DNA of 64,000 nt from positions 544,001-608,000 of the forward strand of contig CAXXOU010000001.1 of NCBI GenBank assembly GCA_963677495.2, written 5' to 3'. Source of the DNA: Candidatus Cloacimonadales bacterium. Lineage in GTDB: Bacteria; Cloacimonadota; Cloacimonadia; Cloacimonadales; JAFGVF01. This document shows positions 56,493-64,000 of the stretch, one piece after another. Each line of letters begins with the position of its first letter. The first letter of the stretch is position 1. The position numbers and the translations under genes are program-made. The notes beneath the pieces were generated by a model. The model worked only from the letters and a program-made list of their open reading frames with translations, did not search any database and was not told where the DNA came from.

Positions 56493-57377
56493 CTATCTCC
56501 TTGCCTTTTGCTTAATACGTTTCTTGAAGAACTTTTGAAGTTCCATTACATATGGTTGATCTGTATGTAGTTCAAGAGCATCTACTCTGTTATTTTTAAA
56601 GCCTTTTCTAATTCTATCCATAAGCATTCTATTATGCAAATTGTACTTATCTCTAACTTTCTTACTTGAGGTGTTTGCAGTGAATATCTCACCAGTCTCA
56701 GGATCAACAAAAGGTATAACCCCTGCATCAGGCAACTCACTCTCAGCTCTGTCGATTATCTGTAAAGCAAGTACATCGTGTTTACGTGCAAGTAACTTCA
56801 AACTATCCCAATAACCCTCGTCGAGGAAATCTGAGATAACGAAGATAATGCTTCTTTTCTTAGTAACACGTGTAATGTAATCAATAGCTTGTTTGAGATT
56901 TGTCTTCTTGCCTTCAGGCTGGAAGAAAAGAATATCTCTAAGTATCTGTAGAGCTATCTTCCTACCTTTTCTAGGTGGGATATACTTCTCAATCTTATCA
57001 GAGAATAACAACAATCCTACCTTATCTTGATTAGATAATGCAGAAAATGATAATACTGCTGTAATCTCAGCAATATACTCTGATTTAAGATAGTTTTTAG
57101 TTCCGAAAACAGTTGATGCACTACTATCAACAAGGAATATAACATTGAGCTCACGGGTTTCCTCAAATTTCTTAATATAAGGAACTCCCATTCTTGCAGT
57201 TACATTCCAATCAATATCTCGGATACTATCACCCGGTAGATATTCTCTAACTTCAGAGAACTCTAAACCTTGCCCTCGAAAGAGTGAGTGGTACTCTCCG
57301 GCAAAAACCTCTTCTACCAGGTTTCTTGTAGTTATCTCTATCTTTCGTATCCGTTTAAGGATATCACTTGTTTCCAT
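56493..57377 (-). CDS. DUF58 (vWA-like) MoxR-associated protein
   Basis: GQGLEFSEVREYLPGDSIRDIDWNVTAR; ISDF. Confidence 0.92.
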   Translation of the reverse strand: METSDILKRIRKIEITTRNLVEEVFAGEYHSLFRGQGLEFSEVREYLPGDSIRDIDWNVTARMGVPYIKKFEETRELNVIFLVDSSASTVFGTKNYLKSEYIAEITAVLSFSALSNQDKVGLLLFSDKIEKYIPPRKGRKIALQILRDILFFQPEGKKTNLKQAIDYITRVTKKRSIIFVISDFLDEGYWDSLKLLARKHDVLALQIIDRAESELPDAGVIPFVDPETGEIFTANTSSKKVRDKYNLHNRMLMDRIRKGFKNNRVDALELHTDQPYVMELQKFFKKRIKQKARR

Positions 57378-57380
57378 AAC

Positions 57381-58370
57381 CTATGCAATCTCTATTTCGT
57401 CAAAAATCCTATTTACAATGAAGTCCTGATCAATCTGTTCAGCTTCAGCTTCATAAGTAAGTATAATACGATGACGTAAGACATCTTTGCCAACTGCCTT
57501 AATATCATCAGGTAGCACATAGCCACGATGTTCTAAGAAAGCGTGCGCTTTTGCAGCTCTTGCAAGTGCTATAGTTGCACGAGGAGATGCACCACATTCA
57601 ATCATATTCTCAAACTCTTTAAGGTTTCTATATTTTCCAGGTTCTCTTGTTGCAAATACGAGATCAAGGATATAATCTTTGAGCTTCTCTTCCATGTGAA
57701 TCTCTTTGATTACCTCTCTCATCTCAAGTATCTGCTGAGGGGTAATAATAGGATTAATCTTCACTTCCTCATCCGGAACCATCAGATTCATAATCTGCTT
57801 TTCCTCTTCTCTGGTAGGATAATCAATCATAACCTTTAACATGAAACGGTCTACTTGAGCTTCAGGTAATGGATATGTTCCTTCCTGCTCTAATGGATTC
57901 TGAGTTGCCATTACAAGGAAAGGCTTTGGTAAAACGTAGGTCTGGTCTCCAATAGTTACCTGTCGTTCCTGCATCGCTTCAAGAAGTGCTGACTGCACTT
58001 TGGAAGGAGCACGATTTATCTCATCTGCAAGGATGAAGTTAGCAAAGATAGGACCTTTCTTTGAAGTAAACTCAGCAGTTTTCTGATTATAAATCAGAGT
58101 ACCTGTTACGTCTGCAGGAAGAAGATCAGGAGTAAACTGAATTCTATTGAAACTTGCATCTATTGCACTTGCAAGTGTGTGGATTGTCAGCGTCTTAGCA
58201 AGACCCGGAACACCTTCAAGTAATATATGCCCATTCGCTAATAGTCCTACAAGAATCCTCTTAATCATATATTCCTGACCTATAATAGCTTTGTGTACTT
58301 CCTTTCTAAGGTCATCTAATACTGAACTTTTCTCTAAAACTAGACGATGTATTTCATCAATGGTCTTCAT
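57381..58370 (-). CDS. moxR: MoxR-family AAA+ ATPase
   Basis: GHILLEGVPGLAKT, RIQFTPDLLPAD, LADEINRA, ATQNPLEQEGTYPLPEAQVDRF and GASPRA. Confidence 0.95.
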   Translation of the reverse strand: MKTIDEIHRLVLEKSSVLDDLRKEVHKAIIGQEYMIKRILVGLLANGHILLEGVPGLAKTLTIHTLASAIDASFNRIQFTPDLLPADVTGTLIYNQKTAEFTSKKGPIFANFILADEINRAPSKVQSALLEAMQERQVTIGDQTYVLPKPFLVMATQNPLEQEGTYPLPEAQVDRFMLKVMIDYPTREEEKQIMNLMVPDEEVKINPIITPQQILEMREVIKEIHMEEKLKDYILDLVFATREPGKYRNLKEFENMIECGASPRATIALARAAKAHAFLEHRGYVLPDDIKAVGKDVLRHRIILTYEAEAEQIDQDFIVNRIFDEIEIA

Positions 58371-58394
58371 TTATCTCCTCCTTAGAGTAGACAG

Positions 58395-58886
58395 TTAAAC
58401 ATTCCATGATCTGGAATAGTTTAGCTTGCCATCATATCTTTTATTTTCATATATAATTTTATCTTCTTTTATAGTGAATAAACCGTATGAAGCAGTTTGA
58501 CCTCTATCAGTAACTCTTTTCAGATGTCCGGGGTTAATATAAACACGTCCTTTCATCTCTTCACAATATGCTACATGCGTATGCCCAAAGAGCACAAAAT
58601 CACAACCTTTATGTTTATCGAGTTGTTGAAGGTCATGAATCAATCGAAACACTTTACCTTCAAGGTTACAATCTATAGCCTGCGGCAGTTGCTTACTCAT
58701 CAGTCCGGGATGATAGTTACCTGGAACACGGTAAACTCGCTTTCCAATCGTCAAGTGATCACAAAGCTGAATATCTTCATAATTATCTCCAAGATGTAAG
58801 ATAGTATCTACACTTTGCTCTCTCTCTAAAATATTACAGAAAAACTCTTCATTCCCATGTGTATCTGACACGACTAATATCTTCAT
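58395..58886 (-). CDS. YfcE/MJ0936-family metallophosphoesterase
   Basis: VSDTHG, HLGD, VPGN, FGHTH and INPG. Confidence 0.9.
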   Translation of the reverse strand: MKILVVSDTHGNEEFFCNILEREQSVDTILHLGDNYEDIQLCDHLTIGKRVYRVPGNYHPGLMSKQLPQAIDCNLEGKVFRLIHDLQQLDKHKGCDFVLFGHTHVAYCEEMKGRVYINPGHLKRVTDRGQTASYGLFTIKEDKIIYENKRYDGKLNYSRSWNV

Positions 58887-58930
58887 ATTTCACCTTTAAT
58901 AATTCTTTCAACATCAAACGTTACAAAAAA

Positions 58931-58961
58931 ATCCTGTTAAAAAGAGACTTTTCAACAGGAT
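58931..58961 (-). terminator. Hairpin/terminator after argS
   Basis: ATCCTGTT-AAAAG...CTTTT-C-AACAGGAT with a U-run on the minus strand. Confidence 0.65.
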
Positions 58962-58981
58962 CTAATATGTTTATCGCAAGA

Positions 58982-60763
58982 TTATTTCTTGGTTGTTTTC
59001 TTTTTTGTTGTTGTACTCTTCTTAGCAGTTCCTGTCTTCTTCGTAGAGCTGGCTTTTGTTGTAGTTTTCTTACGTGTAGTAGTTGACTTTGCTCCAGCTT
59101 TACCCTTCTGTTTCATCTCTTCCGGAGCTGAAACACCCATAAGATCAAGAGCTAGTTTGAGAACTTTAGCAACTATTTTTATCAGATGCAATCTTGCTCT
59201 TGTTAAAGCTTCATTCTTCTCATCTACAACTTTGTGTTTACCGTAATACTTATGGAACAGACCTGCAAGTTCCATCACATAAGTTGGTAATCTATGTGTT
59301 TCTCTAGATTCTGCGATTGAGATCAACAATTCCGGGAATCTTGTCATTTTCTTTATAAGTTCCATCTCCTCAGGCTCTATAAGAAGTTTGAGACTCTTAA
59401 GGTCTGACTTTCTTGGTTTCCAGCCGAGTTTCTTAGCATTCTTGAGAATACTATGAATACGGGCATGAGCATACTGACAATAATATACAGGATTCTCATT
59501 ACTTTCTTTCGTCGCAAGTTCAAGATCAAAGTTAAGATGTGAGTTTGTAGAACGCTGTAAGAAGAAGAAACGTGATACATCCTTGCCAACTGCCCTATAC
59601 AGATCATCCATAGTAACTAGTTTGCCAAGACGCTTAGACATCTTAACTTTCTCGCCCTGTTCAAACAGATTAACCTGCTGAAGGATTATGAATTGCAACT
59701 TAGAATGGTCATATTTAAGAGCTTCTATAGCTGCAGAAATACGAGGGATATATCCATGATGATCAGGACCAAGCACGTCGATCATAACTTCAAAACCACG
59801 TTGATATTTTGTTAGATGATAAGCAATATCAGGAACAATATAAGTTGGTGTTCCATCAGCTTTAAGTAACACACGGTCTTTGTCATCACCATACTCAGAA
59901 GATTTGAACCAGATAGCATCATCTTTTTCATATGTGCAATGAGCTTCAGCAAGATAGCTAAGAACTTCCTCAACCATTCCCTGCTTTCTAAGGTTCTTTT
60001 CTGAAACCCAGTTATCAAACTCAACATCGAATTTTGCTAAACTGCTTTTCTGTAAATTATGTATATATTGAAGTGAAAACTCTTTAAGCTTCTCAAGTCT
60101 ATCCTTTTCAGGCATAAGAAGAATTCTATTGCCTTCAAGACTGTTAATCTCTTTTGCAAGCTCAATAACGTAATCTCCATGATAAGCTTCAAATGGGAAC
60201 TCACCAATGTCTTCCCCTCTGAGTTCGCGTAATCTGAGTTCAACACTCTCAGCAAGAATATCAACCTGGTTACCGGCATCATTTATATAGAACTCACGTT
60301 CTGCTTTAAAACCAACTTTACGCATGATTTTGCATAAGGCATCACCATAAGAAGCAGCTCGCGCATTCACAATATTCAAAGGACCTGTTGGGTTTGCACT
60401 GACGAACTCAAGAAGTACCATTTTGCCATCACCATGTTCAGATGTACCAAAGTCGTCACCGGCAATGAATATCTCGAGTAAGATATCTTGATAAAGAGCC
60501 TGTGAAATAGTAATATTAATGAAACCGGGACCTGCAATATCCACTTTTGAGAAGTGTTTGTTCTTCTCAAGTTTCTCAGCTATCTTGCTTGCAAGCTCAC
60601 GTGGTGATGTTTTATTGAGTTTTGCAAGAACCATAGCTATGTTTGTTGAGAAATCACCATGCTCATTGCTTTTAGGTTCCTCTACACTATAACGATTGTT
60701 ATCCTCTAACTTTAGAGCTTCAACAATTTTACTTAAGTCTTCTAAGATTAATTCTTTTATCAT
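58982..60763 (-). CDS. argS: Arginine--tRNA ligase with Lys/Thr-rich C-terminal extension
   Basis: HGDFSTNIAM, AGPGFIN, EFVSANPTGPL, YINDAGNQ, KMSKR, NPVYYCQYAHAR and GVSAPEEM. Confidence 0.96.
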   Translation of the reverse strand: MIKELILEDLSKIVEALKLEDNNRYSVEEPKSNEHGDFSTNIAMVLAKLNKTSPRELASKIAEKLEKNKHFSKVDIAGPGFINITISQALYQDILLEIFIAGDDFGTSEHGDGKMVLLEFVSANPTGPLNIVNARAASYGDALCKIMRKVGFKAEREFYINDAGNQVDILAESVELRLRELRGEDIGEFPFEAYHGDYVIELAKEINSLEGNRILLMPEKDRLEKLKEFSLQYIHNLQKSSLAKFDVEFDNWVSEKNLRKQGMVEEVLSYLAEAHCTYEKDDAIWFKSSEYGDDKDRVLLKADGTPTYIVPDIAYHLTKYQRGFEVMIDVLGPDHHGYIPRISAAIEALKYDHSKLQFIILQQVNLFEQGEKVKMSKRLGKLVTMDDLYRAVGKDVSRFFFLQRSTNSHLNFDLELATKESNENPVYYCQYAHARIHSILKNAKKLGWKPRKSDLKSLKLLIEPEEMELIKKMTRFPELLISIAESRETHRLPTYVMELAGLFHKYYGKHKVVDEKNEALTRARLHLIKIVAKVLKLALDLMGVSAPEEMKQKGKAGAKSTTTRKKTTTKASSTKKTGTAKKSTTTKKKTTKK

Positions 60764-61116
60764 TCTTCAATCTCTGTTCTTTTTTGCTGTATTTCTTGGA
60801 ATAATTTATCCAATTTGTAGTTCTCACGTGATTCTGCAAGGGTAATATGGACGATTATATCACCGAAATCTAGCAATATCCAATTCGCGTTATTCATGCC
60901 CTCTTTACCCAGAATACGCATACCCGATTCTTTCGCCTTTTCAAGCACATTTGTAGCAATTGCTTTTAAGTGCAATTCGTTTGAACCGGTTGCTAGGACT
61001 ACATTGTCTGTATAATCAGTCTTTTCGCGAACATCGAAAAACTTTACATCTTCAGCTTTCTTCTCAACCATCCAGCCTATCAAGCTTTCGATTATAGCAT
61101 TTTGTACTTCGGTCAT
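60760..61116 (-). CDS. rsfS: Ribosome silencing factor
   Basis: EKKAEDV, WILLDFGDIIVH and RENYKLDKL. Confidence 0.92.
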   Translation of the reverse strand: MTEVQNAIIESLIGWMVEKKAEDVKFFDVREKTDYTDNVVLATGSNELHLKAIATNVLEKAKESGMRILGKEGMNNANWILLDFGDIIVHITLAESRENYKLDKLFQEIQQKRTEIEE

Positions 61117-61559
61117 TTCTTAGATTTCTCCTTACTTCTGATCCGCTTTATCACCTGTTCATAATCTTTTCCTACTATTACATAAAACGGTGCAGTCGTC
61201 CGCTCTGTTACAGCAAGTGTATACTCATCAATCGTAGTCATCTTTCTCAACCTTTTCAGGTCTTCCGGAATATCCTTTTTCACAATGATGATACTCTTAT
61301 TGTAATTGAAACTGTTTGCATTCCCTGTACTGGTAACAACAATGTTCTCATAGTACAAGGCATCTGCAATCAGATTCGCAGCACCAGGAATCCCACAACC
61401 GTTCAATATTTTTATCTGAACTGGTGGCAGTAAATCTGATTCATCCTCTTCGACAACTGTTTCAACATTTTTATTCTGTAGATACAAAACTGTCCCAACA
61501 GCGATTATAACTGCTAAAACTACCGAAAAAATGAACCATTTACTTTTTACAAATGACAA
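61113..61559 (-). CDS. LytR C-terminal domain protein
   Basis: TM anchor; IKILNGCGIPGAA, GNA and VIVGKDY. Confidence 0.85.
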   Translation of the reverse strand: MSFVKSKWFIFSVVLAVIIAVGTVLYLQNKNVETVVEEDESDLLPPVQIKILNGCGIPGAANLIADALYYENIVVTSTGNANSFNYNKSIIIVKKDIPEDLKRLRKMTTIDEYTLAVTERTTAPFYVIVGKDYEQVIKRIRSKEKSKK

Positions 61560-61565
61560 ATTATT

Positions 61566-62063
61566 TTACCCCTTCAATCTGTCAAACTGTTCTTTAAGCT
61601 GTAGATACGCTCTTTCAAATGACTCTGGGATAACACGATAACCACCTATGGTTGACATGAAATTATTATCTCCATCCCAACGTGGTACAAGATGAACATG
61701 AATATGCTCTTCAATTCCCGCTCCGGCTGCTTTACCCAGATTCATTCCAATATTGATACCTTGAGGTTTATAATTCTCGTTAAGCACTTTCTCAGCTTTT
61801 TGAACTACAGCAAACAGATCGTTACGCTCATCATCATTCAGGTCACTTAACTGACTTACATGACGATAAGGTACTACCATTATATGTCCATTGTTATATG
61901 GATAAATGTTTAATATCACGAAGCAGAACTCCGAGCGATAAACGATAAAATGTTTATCATCTTCATTAGCTTCAGGTTTTATACAGAAAATGCACCCTTT
62001 CTCTTTTTCTGAAAGAATGTAATCCAATCTCCAGGGAGAGTAGAGATATTTCTGTTCTTTCAT
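61566..62063 (-). CDS. HIT-family hydrolase
   Basis: PWRLDYI, CIFC, NIYPYNNGH and AGAGIEEHIHVHLVPRW. Confidence 0.93.
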   Translation of the reverse strand: MKEQKYLYSPWRLDYILSEKEKGCIFCIKPEANEDDKHFIVYRSEFCFVILNIYPYNNGHIMVVPYRHVSQLSDLNDDERNDLFAVVQKAEKVLNENYKPQGINIGMNLGKAAGAGIEEHIHVHLVPRWDGDNNFMSTIGGYRVIPESFERAYLQLKEQFDRLKG

Positions 62064-63086
62064 CTATTCGTAATCCTCTATTGATGTTGAACGGAAGGGA
62101 TGAACTTCCTGATCATTGATTGTAGAATCTTTTACAATATTGAAACCTTCCAGAATAGAGTTCTCTGAGATTTTAGAGTCAACGATATAGCAATTTGGTC
62201 CAATGAATGCACCCTCTTCAATCAAAGTTTTACCCTTGATTATTGAGTTAGCCTGGATTGTTACATCTCTGGCAATCTCAACGTCATCACCGATAATCAC
62301 AGTAGATGGGTTCTCAATAGTAACCCCATTATTCATAAAGTTAAGTTTTATCTCATCATAATATGCTGTTTCCAGCTCAGCTAACTGAGCTTGAGAGTTA
62401 ACACCTGCAGCTTCTACAAAGTTTTCAAGAACAGCAGAACCAACAACCTTACCTTCGTTATTGAGAATACTAAGAGTATCTGTTAGATAGTATTCACCCT
62501 GAGCATTGTTGTTATCAAGCTTATCAAGAGCACCGAAAAGGTCTTGTGAATTAAAACAATAGATACCTGTATTTATCTCATTTATAGCTCTCTGCTCATC
62601 ATTTGCATCTTTGAATTCAACGATTCTATCAACATTACCATCAGGGAATCTAACGATTCGTCCATACATAGCCGGATCATCCATAAAAGCTGTAAGAACA
62701 GTACATGAAGCTTTATTAGCTCTATGCTCTTTGATCATCTTCTTAAGTGTCTCAGCAGTTAAAAGTGGTACATCACCACATAGAATAAAGATTTCACCTT
62801 CGAAATCGGGCATTGCATCTCTTGCAACCATAACCGCATGACCTGTACCATTCTGCTCAACCTGTTCAGAAAAGAGAAGTTCACAATCAGTTTGAATCGC
62901 TCCCATCACTGTCTCTTTCTGATAACCAACCACAACGTTGATTAAGTCACAATCAGCTTTAACAGCTGTTTCAACAACTCTTTGTACTAATGGTTTATCA
63001 GCAAGTTTGAATACGACTTTTGGTTTGTTTGATTTCATGCGTGTGCCTTTACCGGCTGCGAGTATTATTGATGCTACAGAACTCAT
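62064..63086 (-). CDS. glmU: GlmU-like N-acetylglucosamine-1-phosphate uridyltransferase, C-terminally short
   Basis: ILAAGKGTRMKS..PKV, EQNGTGHAV, YGRIVR, EINTGIY and QGEYYLTD; only a few hexapeptide repeats. Confidence 0.85.
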   Translation of the reverse strand: MSSVASIILAAGKGTRMKSNKPKVVFKLADKPLVQRVVETAVKADCDLINVVVGYQKETVMGAIQTDCELLFSEQVEQNGTGHAVMVARDAMPDFEGEIFILCGDVPLLTAETLKKMIKEHRANKASCTVLTAFMDDPAMYGRIVRFPDGNVDRIVEFKDANDEQRAINEINTGIYCFNSQDLFGALDKLDNNNAQGEYYLTDTLSILNNEGKVVGSAVLENFVEAAGVNSQAQLAELETAYYDEIKLNFMNNGVTIENPSTVIIGDDVEIARDVTIQANSIIKGKTLIEEGAFIGPNCYIVDSKISENSILEGFNIVKDSTINDQEVHPFRSTSIEDYE

Positions 63087-63113
63087 TATAAATTTCCTTT
63101 TTCTATAATTTTT

Positions 63114-63569
63114 TTATATTCGTTTTAATTCTTTCAGATGTTCTGACATTGTTTTTCCGGTAATAGGATGTACAATATCAGGAGATAACTCAGTTAAGGG
63201 GATTAGAACAAAATCTCTTTCTGTCAAGTACTGATGTGGAATAATTAAATCTTTTTCATTTAAGACAATATCTTCATAGAGAAGAATATCTATATCGATG
63301 TTCCTTGGCCCCCATTTTATCTCTCTTTTTCGACCCATCTCCTGTTCAGTTAACAGGCAAAGAGTAAGTAACTCTTTTGGTGTTAGATCAGTTTCTATCT
63401 CAAGAACCAGATTAAGAAAATCCGGTTGGTCTACCAAGCCAAAGGGCTCCGTTTCCAAAGTCTTACTTCTGCGTATTACTTCTATCGATCTTTTAAGTAA
63501 AGTTATAGCAGTTTGTAGATTATCTTCCCTCTCACCTATGTTAGAACCAAGACCCAAATATGCTTTCAT
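63114..63569 (-). CDS. folK: 2-amino-4-hydroxy-6-hydroxymethyldihydropteridine diphosphokinase
   Basis: AYLGLGSNIG, QPDFLN, KWGPRNIDIDIL and PH...RDFVLIPL. Confidence 0.95.
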   Translation of the reverse strand: MKAYLGLGSNIGEREDNLQTAITLLKRSIEVIRRSKTLETEPFGLVDQPDFLNLVLEIETDLTPKELLTLCLLTEQEMGRKREIKWGPRNIDIDILLYEDIVLNEKDLIIPHQYLTERDFVLIPLTELSPDIVHPITGKTMSEHLKELKRI

Positions 63570-63925
63570 TAACGCTGACGTTCCATCGCAACTTCAACAT
63601 ATTTTAGTGGTCCCTGAATCGGTACTGAAGGTTTTCTGATAGCAACTTCAGCTTTTTCGATCAGGTTGAATCTATCGAACATCTCATCAAGAATCTTGTT
63701 TACACAGTTTTCGAGCAGATGATATTGATGCGTTTCCATAACCTCTTTCACAAGGTCATAAACCTTTGTGTAGTCAAGTGTATCCTCTAGGTGATGAATC
63801 TTTCTATCCTGTTCTTTCGCTGTATGGATAAGTACACTTACAACAAAACGTTGCCCAAGCTTACGCTCCTCGTCATGCACACCATGAAAACCGTAAAACA
63901 CCATCTCTTCAAGATGTATCTTCAT
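63569..63925 (-). CDS. folB: Dihydroneopterin aldolase
   Basis: FYGFHGVHDEERKLGQRF, DTLDY, LLE and IRKP. Start MKIHL at 63925 with GAGGAG RBS. Confidence 0.93.
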   Translation of the reverse strand: MKIHLEEMVFYGFHGVHDEERKLGQRFVVSVLIHTAKEQDRKIHHLEDTLDYTKVYDLVKEVMETHQYHLLENCVNKILDEMFDRFNLIEKAEVAIRKPSVPIQGPLKYVEVAMERQR

Positions 63926-63999
63926 TCTTCGCTCCTCTCGCAACTAACCGGTTCTATCTGTAAATCTTTGGGAAGTATTTCAGCAACCTCATAACTGAT
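63922..63999 (-). CDS. 3' end of an unidentified upstream gene
   Basis: Open frame ...ISYEVAEILPKDLQIEPVSCERSEE* whose TGA overlaps the folB ATG (ATGA). Confidence 0.5.
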   Translation of the reverse strand: MSYEVAEILPKDLQIEPVSCERSEE

Positions 64000-64000
64000 T

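Noticed and set aside
50233..58370. moxR-DUF58-batABCDE as a novel system
   Set aside because: This is the known Bacteroides-type bat operon in its usual order.
94..63994. Many 60-145 aa ORFs antisense to or nested in long genes
   Set aside because: Shadow ORFs of well-supported genes, with no independent motif or RBS evidence.

Overview
A ~35% GC bacterial chromosome segment, almost all on the minus strand. Gene content points to the FCB group, most likely Cloacimonadota (inferred from the YPNPFNP/FlgD-Ig C-terminal-domain proteins, gingipain-like C25 protease, bat operon and Fn3-rich giant exoproteins). In order: a type IV pilus cluster (pilA-pilT-minor pilins-pilMN, probably pilO) with a sigma54-type promoter; secreted/surface protein genes, including two tandem, domain-shuffled giant paralogues; an ECF sigma/anti-sigma/Spy module; a CPBP membrane protease; a TonB-C/PEGA/FGE-sulfatase operon; a DsbD-Omp28-TlpA-DUF6029-CTD thiol-redox operon beside an Arg-gingipain homologue; the moxR-bat operon; and housekeeping genes (argS, rsfS, HIT, short glmU, folK, folB). 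No rRNA, tRNA, CRISPR array or transposase was seen. Main unexplained signals: (1) a ~330-350 nt structured 5' leader conserved, with covariation, in front of both giant exoprotein genes; (2) intergenic palindromes built from repeats phased at exactly 11 bp; (3) a putative trans-envelope disulfide-reducing relay next to a cysteine protease; (4) a conserved non-canonical C-terminal tail on the giant exoproteins; (5) several nested REP/REPIN-like elements. All family assignments come from motif recognition by eye, not from database searches.
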